DNA of 64,000 nucleotides from Negaprion brevirostris (taxonomy: Eukaryota), in assembly GCA_030324005.1 (NCBI GenBank), contig JARDVH010000084.1, forward strand, positions 93,112,417-93,176,416, given 5' to 3'. The notes beneath the pieces are model-generated. The model searched no databases. It saw nothing but the letters and a program-made list of their open reading frames with translations, and was not told the DNA's origin. Shown here one piece after another: positions 1 to 12,554 of this stretch (position 1 is its first letter; every line of letters starts with the position of its first letter). Made by a program: the position numbers and the translations under genes.

Positions 1-759
1 CTTGACNNNNNNNNNNNNNNNNNNNNNNNNNNNNNNNNNCCTGACAGGTCTATATCTCGGTCACGCTTCTGCAGTTGCAAATGTGTTTGTGCGGCCACAG
101 AAGTCTGCACAAGCGTAATAGCTCCCTCTGCTTCTTGATCAAACTGGCCGGCATGTAAAGCCCCGTCCACTTTCTCTGCTGGCTGTAATGATCTGGTCTA
201 TTCTTTTCATGTACGGAGTGGATCAGATTGAAAGTAAAGGATTGTCCAAAAATGTGATCTGAAACATTCCCATTTTCACGCTGGTTGGACAATTAGATTT
301 TTTCTCATAAAATTTTTCCATCAAAGTGTCGAATCTCTCAAAAACGAAACTAAAATAAATGCTCCCTACGCAGCGAAAGGTTTTGAAATATGTGTTCAGG
401 ACTTAAACTATACACTCATAGCGTTGCATCTTCGAGTAAATTTTCATTGCCAAATGGCGAATGCGTTTTCTAAACAGTGAAGCGTTCGTGTGTGTGCCTG
501 ATTCGTCTTGAACATTTCAACTTTAGAATTTGACAAAGTTGTTTTTGATAACACCAAAGCGGAATGTAAAATTGGAATTTACGTTCAAGAAGATTTAAAT
601 AAATTGGATTGGAAATGAAAAAAAGAAACAATACTGGTTAATAACTCTTCATTAGTAATCTTGCTGACGGAATGTTAATCCTATCGGTTTATTTGGATTA
701 CATCATCACAAGAACACGACATCACTCCGAAAAAAGAAACAAAACATTTCTGAATCTCT

Positions 760-1660
760 TGGTGACGTGGTGGCTGCACAGTAACAGTCACACGGCACAA
801 ATGCCTCACTGAAACAGACACTGTAACCGCCACCCTTTAACATTCAATGGTGTTACCAACACTGAATACCCCACGTCAATATCCTGGGCAGTGAGTTGAC
901 AAGAAAATCAACTGGACCACCACATAAACTCAATGGCTGCAAGAGCTGCTCAGAGGCTTGGAATATTGTGGCGAGTAATTCATCTCATGCTACCGCAAAG
1001 CATTTCCGCCTTCTGCAAAACAGCAACATGGAAAAAAGATGACCCACTTGCCTCGATGGGTGCGGCTATAAAAGCAGTCATGACGTTTCTCACCATCCGG
1101 AATGAAAAAAAAACTGCCCACTTGCTCGGCATCACATCTACAGATGTTCACTCTTTCCAAAGCCGATGCTCAGTTTCAGCTATATACAAGCAATTCACCA
1201 ACGAACCTTTTCAGAACAACTTCCGAACCCGCCCTCACTTTTGCCCATAAAGGCAAGGGCAGCAGGTTAATGAAAAAAANNNNNNNNNNNNNNNNNNNNN
1301 NNNNNNNNNNNNNNNNNNNNNNNNNNNNNNNNNNNNNNNNNNNNNNNNNNNNNNNNNNNNNNNNNNNNNNNNNNNNNNNCCAGAAAGGCAAGGGCAGCAG
1401 GTTAATGAAAAAAAAAAGCAGCACCTGCACTTTCCCCTCCAAGCCACTTTCCTTCCTAACTTGAAAATATATCATTCGCATATGTCCCTTCACAGTCGTT
1501 GGGCCCAAATCGTGGAATTCGTCCCCTAGAGTTATTGAGAATCAATTCACGTCACATGGGCTACAGCGAATCAAGAGGCGGTTCAGCATCATCTGCTCAA
1601 GGGCAACTGAGAATGGACAAACAACGCTGGCCAGCTGGTGAGCCTATGTCTCATGAATTA
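760..1660 (+). mobile_element. Decayed 3' fragment of an L2/CR1-group LINE (same family as 22125-24895)
   Basis: ORF 933-1250 (AARAAQRLGILWRV...) matches the C-terminal RT region seen at 24270-24880. It shares the 3' end gggcaactgagaatggacaa...gctggcca. Confidence 0.75.
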
Positions 1661-2285
1661 TTCATAAACGTTTCGGCAGTGTGTGAAGAGCAAACCAAAC
1701 ATTCAAATAAAGCAAACATGTGGACAATTATAACCGGAATTTCATTTCGGATGCCCCAAGGAACACTAATTTCATTAATTTAGTTGTTTTTTTTTCCGCC
1801 AGCCAAATAGACATTTCTGCGCTGCTACATTCATGTGTGTGTGTGTGTGTGTGTGTGTGTATTGGGAAAATATTGCACTTATTCCTGGATAGACAATAAA
1901 CTTGAAATTACAACCTCGTTTTAAGCAAGAGTTGAAATACTGATTATTCTGGAAGAACTGGATGTGGGATTCATCGTGGTAAAGATTTTGGATCAATGCG
2001 AAAAGTTGTTTATTGATTCATTCAAACTTGCAGCGAGAATCAATCCCTGTGGGAAAACCTGAACTCTATACAATGTGTAACTGTGCAAAAGTCAAGTATT
2101 GCCACGATTATCGTTAAAAAATACATAAATAAACGAACATATCTGCAGTTCCAAATGGGATGATCTAAATAGTCAAACCTCTGTGTTTTAAGACAGTGAC
2201 TATTTTATGAAAAGATGCTCGGGATGTGGAGAGACACAGAACTTTGTAATGCAACTTTTATGTAGGATATAAAACGTGTCCTTAC

Positions 2286-2308
2286 CGATGTGTTGATGGT
2301 AGCATTTT
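2286..2308 (-). pseudogene. Candidate 23-bp cytoplasmic micro-exon of receptor unit A
   Basis: tattttatcag|AAAATGCTACCATCAACACATCG|gtaagg has canonical AG/GT and lies downstream of the TM and 36-bp exons. The frame is uncertain. Confidence 0.3.
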
Positions 2309-3440
2309 CTGATAAAATATGTTTTTTTAACAGCAAAAATGGAACCTGATAGTTGCCTAAAATATATATTCAATGCACAGGGTGCTCGCTTTCTATCTTG
2401 TTCCAACTCAGCTCAAAACTTTTACTACCTGTAGATCTGCAGACACGTTTTGCCATTCTCTATACCCACCCTGTGAATCCATCTCAAGGTTAACTTCTGT
2501 TTTTTTTGCTACTGCTTTCAACATTTTGTGCTACGTATGTCTTTCCAATATTCATTTTGACATTAAAAATGGATGTATCTCTTCACTTGTCTGATGCAAT
2601 GTATATTATTTTTCAATTTGCAACTCAGCATATTTGGACGGCCTTTTTTTTCTCTCATAGATAACTTCTTTTATTTTCCAGTCTTCCAATGCACCTAATA
2701 ACATCGCTATATTGTACACTCTTATGTGCTTCTTCAATCGTTATATGCCCGAGGTTTCGTTCCATTAATCAGTTATTTTTAGGTTCAAGAAATGTCTTCC
2801 GCCTGAAACTATCTGCCTTCTGTGTTGAACATCACATCTGCTCTCTTTTGTCAAAAATAGACTGAATTACATGTCTTTCCCCCATGATACAATATCCTTA
2901 AATATAGACCATTATTTTCACGTAATATATTTATTCCGAATACGAAACTCGTTCAGAAGGTTTTTTATTCATCTTGTAGATTTCAATTGAAGTGTATTTT
3001 CATGCCCCCTGCTACATTGGAGCGCAGTGTCCTGAAACGCCGGGTTATTTTGTTTGTTCAGATCTTATTGAATAAAATAGTGATGCATTCCTGATATAAA
3101 TCATAGGCATGAGTGATATTGCTCTTTGTGACTAAATATAAACTCTGAATAAAGACCAATGTTTAATTGCTTTCTTCATAGTTATCTATTGGAATTTTGA
3201 CAATACATTTTAAAATACAAACTCTTAACGTGGAACAAAGATGTGTGTTTAACTTCAGCAGAAATGGGTAATGAATATGTCTGATTTCATCAGAAATGTT
3301 ATGTCCGTTACCTGCCACGCCCTACCTTTTGGCTCTCATTACCTTCGTTAATGCTCTTTTGCTTTTTGCTTGCAGGAACACTTGTTATTTTAAAAATTGT
3401 ATGCAAGTGCACATTTTTCGTGTACAAATTATTGCCTTAC

Positions 3441-3476
3441 CAGCTTTTTGCAGGGCTTTTTTCAAGTTTTCTAACT
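3441..3476 (-). pseudogene. 36-bp phase 1-1 micro-exon (ELENLKKALQKA), unit A juxtamembrane cytoplasmic helix
   Basis: ttgcttgttttag|AGTTAGAAAACTTGAAAAAAGCCCTGCAAAAAGCTG|gtaagg. The frame is open and it is paralogous to 10970-11005 and 51288-51323. Confidence 0.65.
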
Positions 3477-4119
3477 CTAAAACAAGCAATTATATAAATC
3501 CTGTTAGTAACTAATATTTGGATTTAATCAGATATATCCCAGTGCCATGACAATTTCTGGATAGATCATTGCAGCTGCGGAGCTTTTACGCAGAATTGAA
3601 ACATATGTTGTGTATGTGGAGAAGATTTGACATCTTGAGGTACTGTAAGTGAAAACTAATTCTTTATCAAAAGAAATGGCATCCAGAATACTTGATTATT
3701 GCCCTACATCTTCTAGAAACAGTACACTACATGATAAACAGAGAAAAATTACGGGAATATTCACAACAACTTATTCATAATTTGTGCCTGATACATCAAG
3801 ACTTTAAAACAATTTGTAATTATACGCTATCATATTGGTCTGGTTAATCTACTTAAAATGAATTTTCATTCATGTCTTAACATGAGTAATCTATAGAGAT
3901 GATGTTTCTCGGCTAATGTGGTTTATGTATATTGTTCTACCCTATTCGACATGATTGCTAAAATGTTCACTTTGTGAATAATTTGGGCTGACATATTTTG
4001 GAATGTATGTTCCTTAAGCAATCAACTAGGCGAAGTTAAGACGTGTTTCTTTATTATATGTTTACTATAACAGATCATAAGAACTGTCCAATTATGCAAA
4101 TTTCGATAAATGACATTAC

Positions 4120-4229
4120 CGGAAGCTTTCGTTGAATTCACGAAAAGGCACAGGAATGCAAAACAAAATGCACATATACAAATGGTTAATATGATTACGA
4201 TGGTCATGCAGTTCATGTTTTACATTCTA
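4120..4229 (-). pseudogene. Transmembrane-like exon, unit A
   Basis: Encodes MTIVIILTICICAFCFAFLCLFVNSTKAS then a phase-1 donor G|gtaatg. The upstream acceptor (tttgtag) is out of frame, implying a frameshift. Confidence 0.55.
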
Positions 4230-5099
4230 CTACAAATTATGTAACATAACATTAAGAATAGTCCATAGCAAACTTAAAACAAAAACCCAGTTGCTTAACT
4301 AACTTGCATGAGTGTTGTTGTGCCAACTTCATGAACTATTTTTGTACGTTGTTTTATGAAGTTCGTCTGCGCTGGAATCAGAAGTGAAATCCTGTGGCAG
4401 AACTGAAGTCAGGATTTCTCATTACAATCAATACGCCGTCGAACCGATTATGTCGTGCATATAATTGACAATAAGTCACATTTTAAAACGTTTACGACGA
4501 AACCATAATGTGCTTCTACAACATGCTTTCATTAGGAGATGTCTTTCTACGTTGCTTCCACAAGTCCAATTATCTACCGACTGTTATTAAAGAACGGGCT
4601 TTACAAGTCAACTTTACAAAGTTATCCTGTGTCCACATTGCCTCAACATGTATGTGGCTTGCAATGCACCGCTGGTTTTAACATTCAACGTCCCTTAGAA
4701 ATGCCTTACAAAGTAATTGTTCTAGGGGACTCATATATGTTGTAGCCACGTAGTCATTAATATATAAATATGATTCAAAAGGTAGAAACTGGCGGTTAAT
4801 ATATTTTTCTCTACAGAAATTTAGAGCNNNNNNNNNNTCGGCAACTAATTAGGATGTTTTCTTCCAGCAAATTCTAAAACAAACACTTGGAGTGACTATA
4901 TGGAATGAAGAATGTCGTGTTAGTCATGAGATGATGTCATTAGTATTAACAACCTATAGGACTCCGGCGTGTAACTGTATTACAAAAGAAGTTTGAAAAC
5001 GTTGACCAAAGTTGATTTCTTTAAAAAAAGGGCAACACAGAGACATTTGTTTTTAAAATGTTTATTTATTAGTGTCACAATAAGGCTTACATTAACACT

Positions 5100-6370
5100 G
5101 CAGTTAGGTTACTGTGAAACTAACAAATTTGATTGATTTCTTTTGAGGAGTTGACCACGTATGTAGACGAGGGTAATACAGTTGATGTAGTTTAGATGGA
5201 TTGCAGCATAGCCTTTGACAATGTCTGACGTGGGGAATTTGTAAAGACGATACATGCATATGCGATACAGAAAACATGTGAGAGAAAATTGGCTCGATTG
5301 TAGGAGAGGGACGGAAGGCTGTTTTAGAAACGGAAGGTCAGTATCCACTGGTGTACCAAAGGGACTATGTTCTATCCCCTATTACTTGTATTATTCGTCA
5401 GTGATATAAATGGCATTATTGACTGTGTGTGTGTGCGTGCGTGTGGGCGCGCGCGCGTTGGGGGGGTGGACATGTAGGGAGTGCGGGGACTCTGGTAGTA
5501 ATAATAAGTTTGCAGCCGGCACAATGTTTGGTTTGTTGGCTCTCAGAGAGGCTGAGTGTCATTATCAAAAGTACGATATAGACGGAATGCTAAATCGTGC
5601 GGGCAGTTGGCTGATGGGATTTAATATTGAGACGTGTTAGATAATACACGTTGGTTGGGGAAATTTGACAAATATTTGTTCAATGAATGAGAGAACTTTA
5701 TAATTGTATTTGGAATAAAATGTCTGTAAAGTTGGCATTTTAGTTGGTTGATTACAATTGCATTTGGGACACTTGCCTCAACAATCGAGACATAGGCTAA
5801 CCTTGTTGAGGCCACAGCTAGAGTAGTGTGTGCATTTCTGATCGCCACAAATTATGGGAGAATATGATTGGTGTGGAGGGGGTGCAGAGGAGTTTTACCA
5901 GGATGCTACCAGTGATGGGACATTTAAGTTATCAGGAAAGGTTGGGTAGGCGTTGTTTGTTGTCGATGGAGCAGGAATAGCTAAAGGCGACCTGATCGAG
6001 GTACATCAGATTATGGGGGGCGTGGACAGAGTAATTTGGGAACAGTTGTTTCCCTGGTTGAATGATCAGCTATAAAACGACAAACCCTCAAGATCAGGGG
6101 CGTGAGGTTCAGGATGGACGTGAGGTAAAACGTTTTTGCCCAGTAAGCGGTGATGCTCTGGAGCGTGGTGGCTAGAAGTGTTGCAGAAGCGGGTTCTCTC
6201 ATGATTTCTTTAAAAAAGCACTGAAATGGGAACTTGACACGTCATAAGGCTATGGGCCAAGTTCTTGTAAACTGGATAAGAGGGAAGTTCAGGAGTTTCT
6301 CGCACATCGATACAGGCTCGGTGGTTGGAAGGTGCTCTTCTGCACCGAACGATTATTTAATTCTAATATT
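5100..6370 (+). mobile_element. Decayed CR1-clade LINE RT/3' fragments
   Basis: Degenerate DVVxxDxxxAFDxV, GVPxG, YPLVE...KIRG and CR1 3' tail-like sequence, interrupted by a (TG)n/(GC)n microsatellite near 5425-5460. Confidence 0.7.
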
Positions 6371-8000
6371 CTAGGACTACCTAGAAAAAGCGGGGGGGTT
6401 TACGGACAGTTGAAAGTAATACAATCGGCTGCATGTCGAATGCTGCTAGGACAGCAGTTTTTCTTCAGATATATTAATGTCGCAGAGTTGGGTTTTCTGG
6501 ACATAATATAAATCTTTCTGGGTCATGCAAAATTTGAAACCATTGTCAACTATCAGGAGCATGTCAGTAGTCACCAAGAATATCCAGGCAGTCTGAACCA
6601 TTAGCCCAGGCCTATTAGATAATTGGATTGCACAGAAGTATGAACAGATGCGTTTTCACAGAACAATGCAAGTAAATAGGAAACAAATGATGCAAGTGTA
6701 AATGGAGTTTAGGAGCATGAGGACATCGTTGTGCAAGTGACCTATTGACTAAAGAGGAAAGCAACATTGAGAAAATATTCAATTTTCCAGTTTACGTATT
6801 ACAGTTGGAATTTTACTAAGAAATACAACATCAAAACACATTATACATAAGACAAGCATTTAAAGCAACACGTTTTCCAATGCAAATGCAGCCTGCCTCG
6901 GCCACTATTAAGGATCAGCCTTTGGGAGAGAAAAAAAACAAGAAGAAAGGTGCGTTGAAACTGAAAACGTCCGAAAGCCGCTCGAAAAATAGAAGAAAAG
7001 AAAGTTCGATATGTTTAACGTTTCGAAATAACTTTGCAAATACCAATTCAATACTGTGGCAGCAGCGAGCCCCGTGGGGGAGATTTAAATTGCGTCTTCG
7101 AAAAACAAAAAGGCGTTGTGTATGATGCGGTGAGAGAGGGTGTGGTCACCCTTGCCGTCAAAGTTAAAGACTATTGATTGATAGGTCAAGGATAATCCGG
7201 GGATTATGCGTTAGTTTGCAATGTTCAGTTACATTTTTGAGTAGATATATGATCAGGACACATTTGAAGCTCCCACACCAGAACTCGAGTGTCTAAATAT
7301 TTGAAATAATAGCTACCATCGGGTACAGAGAGGGCACTATTTTTTAGAAAGCGAGTGAGAGAATATTGTTGAGGGAACAGTCTTTGGTCACATTCAGAAA
7401 ACAAAATGAAGCAGGTGAAGGAACAAACTAAAGCATGCAAAGCAAAAGGATGGGAGCTCAAGGCTAGGACAGAAAGTATCTTAGAAATGCTTTTTCTTTT
7501 CTCTCGAACAAGCATAGAAATACCATGATTGACTGAAAGCTTGGCTTAAGTGTTAGTAACAAAAAGTGCATATGTGCATTGAAAGTTTTCAAAGAGGTGA
7601 AGTTGAGGAGGCAGTTACAACTGCTGTATCAACGTTATTTGTATCAGATACTTTAAAAAATCCACCATAGGACTGTCCTTGAGTGGGATTTTTTGCTGTT
7701 CTGTAACCACTTTTGCACCGAATACCTGATACACTTTCACACCAGAAGTTTCGAGATATTAAGTTTCAGAGAGGGGCAAATTGGACGAGGCTTTGTTAAC
7801 TTCCAACATTGTGAGGTAACTCCAGGTGAACATTACATTAGAGCTTAATTGATATTTGTAATTGTGAGGAGAATGATGGTAATTGAATGCACAACGAAGC
7901 ATAATGCGTTATTGCATCTTACCCGAGCCAACTTTGCCGTCTGTGAAATATAAATTGGATTTTAAAAATATATTTTTTTAAATCGCAAATTACTTGCTAC

Positions 8001-8368
8001 CATTAAGATGACAAATGTCCACAAACGATACTATCGTTTTAACCTGTTGGCGCAATTTGAATTGAATTGAATTTTCAGGATATCTTGGAACAAACTTATA
8101 TCGGAATTCGAGGCACGCAGGAAACAAGAGTCTTTCAATCAAAGAATGATTATATGGAGGAAAACAATATTTTGGTTTGACACATCGTTTCAAGCTATGG
8201 AATGTGAGCTACATCCGTTCTATGCGAGATTTAGTGGTGAAAAGTATTGGACTGACACTGGAACCAGGAGGTCACAGTTCATTTTTAATTCCAGTAGTTA
8301 AGTGTCAGGCAATTGCCTCAATATCTTCCAGTAGTGGAACGTAAAAAAATGAGAGAGGCTATGGGACA
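8001..8368 (-). pseudogene. Decayed Ig-like exon, membrane-proximal domain of unit A
   Basis: Phase-1 acceptor ttttcttttcatattatcag|TG. Reads LELKMNC-x17-LNLA*(TAG for W), later RLLFPACLEFRYKFV. Possible phase-1 donor AATG|gtagca. Contains stops and a frameshift. Confidence 0.45.
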
Positions 8369-8489
8369 CTGATAATATGAAAAGAAAATTTGAAAGGACA
8401 CGGCCACTTCTCATTGCCCCTAAACAAAATCGTAAAATCGTATCAACGTCAATAATGGTAGTGTGGGTGTCAGTTTACTGTAGAATCGG

Positions 8490-8915
8490 TTTGGAGCGGA
8501 ATGGAGCTGGAAGCAGTGGTTGCATATAAGTGCAGTCTAAGATTAATTCGGGACCTCCGTGTTTGGGGGTCACAGTCCTTGGATTTGCATTCTGGTAGAA
8601 AACGAAACAAGCTTAAATGACAATGAAAATATGCTTTCCGTATTTCTACCCTCGAATGTTGGATACTGGCCAGATGACTGTAAGCTAACAGCCTTTTTCC
8701 GAAAAAAAAATGTTGAATTCGCTTTGATCCGGAACATTGACATGAACATTTTGTACAATCCCAAATGCAGATAACCCAGCATCATTACAGCGCGTTTCAG
8801 CACCTTTGCTGAATGAAAAGGATGATGCCGCAGCGCTGTTCACATCACCTGGGCTGCTCTCATTCTTGAAAACAGCAGTGTCATCAGCATCGCGTGCTTC
8901 GCTTTAGGCTTTCTG
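8490..8915 (-). pseudogene. Decayed Ig-like exon, unit A
   Basis: Across frameshifts: PGDV/EQRCG...ICIWDC/VQNVHVNV and QYPTFEGR, sharing motifs with neighbouring domains. Confidence 0.35.
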
Positions 8916-9209
8916 TACTTTGTTGCAGACAAAAAGTAGGGCCAATTTAACCTGCCCGGAATACTTCAACACTCCGTCCGTCAACAGAACGCTGATTTTA
9001 TTTAATTTTCTCGTTTTCCCATTAAGAAATGCAAATATTTCCCCCAGCTCTTACATTTGAAAATGTTTCACTACTAAAGAATTCCTCAGCGAAAGTGGTC
9101 AGATCAAAATAAAAGTTTGCTTTATTTTGTGTTTATACACTGACACGGCGAAAGTTGTTTCGCCATGTTCATCCTTTTCAACTCGCACACAGTAATGAGG
9201 AATTAGCAA

Positions 9210-9560
9210 ACATGAAGAGTGTTCATGCAGTTGTCGCAATTAAAATACAAGTCGGCTTGACAAGTGTCCAGAGTCCTGAATCCTGAGTTGACGAGAATAT
9301 TCCATCCAACGCAAGAGTACTGATTGCAGAATGTGTTGTCTTAAAATAATGAGGCCGGTCAAGACGTGAAGAATGAGTTCGCTTGGAGACACGAGTTCTA
9401 ACGTTTACGTAGTTGGCAGGTTTGAAAAATGCCACAGTCTATCTGTAGGCACCAGCTCGCCGTTACGCCGTGCAAGGTCGTGCCCGAAATGCCGGACAAA
9501 CTGGAATTGCCGCAGTTTTGTTCCAACGGGCTTATTATTGTTCACCTTAATGGGAGGATG
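9210..9560 (-). pseudogene. Decayed Ig-like exon, unit A
   Basis: LEQNC-x19-W (VTASW), NYVNV, STLALDG, and F-strand QDSGLWT/CQA, which is restored by removing 2 nt. Confidence 0.5.
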
Positions 9561-9949
9561 TCATGTCACAGATTCTCGATTTTGGACTCAGTGTCTATAT
9601 TTCCAAGGCCGGAATCTAGGTGTTTAACTGGAGTGGGGACATATTGTGTAGTTGGGATCGCTCGTGTCAGGTTAACTAACTTCTGCTCTCTTTATCGAAA
9701 TCGTGGTTTTAAATGTGACAGCTTTGGTCATGAGCTGCATTTATGGGGCCTTAAGTCGAATGAAAATTTTCGTTTGTGTGGAGGTTGATGGACAAGACTG
9801 CGCTTCAACGTGGTCATTTTTTTTAACTTCGAAACAGATACAAGGAATTAAATTATTGATTGAAAACAAAAGCCAGTCAACCAGTTTCTATGTTAACAGC
9901 AAAACACTGTGGAAAATATTTCAGATCAGCTGGATAGCCAATTCATTTT

Positions 9950-10255
9950 CCCAAATGCAGGAAAGTCTAAAACTAGAAGGCATAGGTTTAAGGTGAGTGG
10001 GGGGAAATACATAAGAGTCCAAAGGGGCAATTATTTCACACAGAGGGTGATGAGTGTCTGCAACAAGCTGCCACAGATAGTAGTAGAGGTCGCTACAATC
10101 TTATCTTCTAAAAAGCATTTGGACAGTTACATTGGTAAAATGACTATAGAGGGACATGGGCCAAAAGCGGCCAATTGGGACTAGCTTATTGGTTAAACAT
10201 AAAGGGATGGCATGAACAAGTTTGGTATTGCATATTCCCTGTCATGTTGTCATTG
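9950..10255 (+). mobile_element. CR1 LINE 3' fragment
   Basis: SKTRRHRFKVSG...NYFTQRVMSVCNKLP is a typical CR1 ORF2 C-terminus. Confidence 0.85.
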
Positions 10256-10274
10256 CTTAGAAATTGGTAGATAC

Positions 10275-10673
10275 CTTTTTGAGAGGTTGCGATCGGCAAA
10301 GCAAACAACCAATCAACTGAACACTTAAGGATTCTGATGACAACGTTAAAAGAAATTATTCTGATGCAACAGCAGTATCCCCAAATTTGGACCAGCGCTA
10401 GGCCTTTAAGTGAACCACGAAGTTGTTCAGAAATTGATGCCGATGGTGCCTTTGTAATATAGTTAAACATGGTAACGATCAGTCTTTAAATTCACCACAA
10501 TACGGCTCATAGTAACTGGTAACGTTCGGAAGTGTGACCTGTCCAATCATACTTAAGAAGCCAACGGCAAACCGTTACAGTGATTTGCAAGCATAAGCAT
10601 GAATTGATGCAATCATTTCCGGTTTTGCTGTTTGACCTGAAGGATCTCGAGGATTGATTGTCAAACCCGTGGT
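10275..10673 (-). pseudogene. Decayed Ig-like exon, first domain of unit A
   Basis: Phase-1 acceptor cacttttccag|AC and phase-1 donor AAAG|gtatct. Motifs GNDCINSC-x17-W, PNVTS, VNLKTDRYHV and GYCCC fall in shifting frames. Confidence 0.4.
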
Positions 10674-10969
10674 CTGGAAAAGTGCGGAGACGAATAACCC
10701 GCAAATATTCAGAATGTAACAGCAGGAAGAACACCAGCATAGTTAGGACCATGCACATGCCGGTATTACTTACATTTCGAGATGAGTTTATAATAATTTG
10801 GTATTATCGGTTTCTATTCGTTTAATGATGCCACGTTTATTGAAAAAAAAACTGAACTGACTCCACCTCTGCACTCATCAGTACGCCATCACCCCAATAA
10901 ATCTTAAGTAAGCAGGAAGGTGCAATGTGCATATCTTAATAAAATCTCTCTAATGGTGCATTTCCTTAC

Positions 10970-11005
10970 CGGCATGAGCGACCTTTAATTTCAGGATTTC
11001 AATCT
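10970..11005 (-). pseudogene. 36-bp phase 1-1 micro-exon (EIEILKLKVAHA), unit B
   Basis: tttctaccccttcag|AGATTGAAATCCTGAAATTAAAGGTCGCTCATGCCG|gtaagg. Same length, phase, donor and E-x-E-x-L-K...A pattern as 3441-3476. Confidence 0.65.
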
Positions 11006-12084
11006 CTGAAGGGGTAGAAATGGAAATGTTATTCCATTATACTAAATAGTTGTTTCAATAAATGACGTGCATATTGCAGAAATAAGATTTCAAACATGCT
11101 TCGACTTTTAGCCGGGCACAAAACTGTGAAACTTAAAGCATCAGCCTTGTTCAGTTTAAAGTTCCGTGTAAGTCTGCTTAACTAAAATCTTACAATGGTA
11201 AAAGCTCTCTCAAAGCGAAGGTCAGCATGCATTTCGGCAGCATTGACACAGCGAAAGCAACTGCAATGTATTTCTGAGTTTCAAAATAATTACTATTAAG
11301 CCTGAATTCAACTAAGAGTAAATTACACCACACAATTTAAATAAAAAGCCAAGGAGAGCGAGAAGATTTTTCGAAATGAAAACCAGGATTTATTTCCGAT
11401 GCAGAGTTAAAATGTGAAAGTGGGACTGTTCACGGAAAATTTATCTGAAGTCATGTAATGTTACACGCAGGCGCAGACTGACAGGACACATTGAGAGTCA
11501 TTTAATAGTCTACCATAAACTACGCTCTAGACAGTTTGTACGTCAAATATGTTCGTGCCATCGTAAGGATGTTTTATTCTTTTGATGTCATACCCGTATG
11601 GAACTTCGTTTGTGTTTTTTTTTTTCTCTTTTAGTGCACATTTCGTCCGTTAACATGAGTCATGTTAAAATCTGCCGATTTCTAACATCTGTGGTCCACC
11701 AATGCCACACTTCAGTGTGGATTGTATCCTGCAAATTGGAATGTTTCCACTTAACGCCTTTCTTTTAAATCAAAGGTCTACAACGTTAATCGAATGTGAT
11801 CCTTTCGATCAATGCTAATGAGATGAAGAGAAACACTAAACACTGATCTCCAGCTGAAGATATCCTACAGGATCGAATGTTAATCCGGATGCAACATGTT
11901 CGTAAGTCCCCACATGATATTAAAGAAGTGGTTAAATTCTCCACTGAATAGGAAGAAGAACGCAGAATTAGCAGATAGCGGGCAGAGTTATCATATGAAA
12001 AATGTTGTCGTTGTCCAGATTCGGTCTATATGTATATATGTATATATAGGCATTGCATATTGGTAACAATATATTTGCGTAATA

Positions 12085-12170
12085 TTAACGGTAGCATGTT
12101 TGTACAAAACGCCATGTAAAACCAGCAACTAAAATTGAAAAAAAAACAAAACAATCTAAATAATAGCGAT
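12085..12170 (-). pseudogene. Transmembrane-like exon, unit B
   Basis: Strong phase-1 acceptor ctgtctttttcttcag|AT. Reads DRYYLDCFVFFSILVAGFTWRFVQTCYR*. The donor is lost. Confidence 0.45.
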
Positions 12171-12554
12171 CTGAAGAAAAAGACAGTAAATTCTAGAAAT
12201 CCTCATATGCCCTGGCAGAAACTTTGAGGAGATAAATTAACTTTTCTTTTCAGATGAAAGTTTATCATTCTGAACTTCTTCTCTCCGACAATGCTGACGC
12301 ATATAGTGAGTATTTTGCAGTATTCAGTTGTATATATTTAAACACAGTTTTAAAAGTTGATCAAACGAACATATTACTAAAATCAAATAATTAAAAATCA
12401 ATGAATGGGGAGATTATTTAACATAGTTACCGATATCTTTTGCCAACATCTGCTTCACTGTAAGAAAGTCACACAAAATCGATCTTAATACGATCCGTTT
12501 GGCATATATTTCAGCAAGCCAATAGATGAATGTTTTGGGCATAAGTATTTACTT

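Noticed and set aside
1249-1417. Direct repeat flanking the 100-N gap
   Set aside because: The same ~30 bp on both sides of a standard-size gap indicates unmerged contig overlap.
8368-8415. Signal peptides fused to each Ig domain (MRSGRVLSNFLFILS; also MVLTMLVFFLLL near 10750), implying protocadherin-style variable first exons
   Set aside because: The hydrophobic residues are translated polypyrimidine tracts ending in phase-1 acceptors.
9188-9215. Recombination signal sequence (CACAGTA plus 12-bp spacer)
   Set aside because: Poor nonamer and wrong orientation. No RSS pattern was noticed at other exons, so there is no support for rearranging segments.
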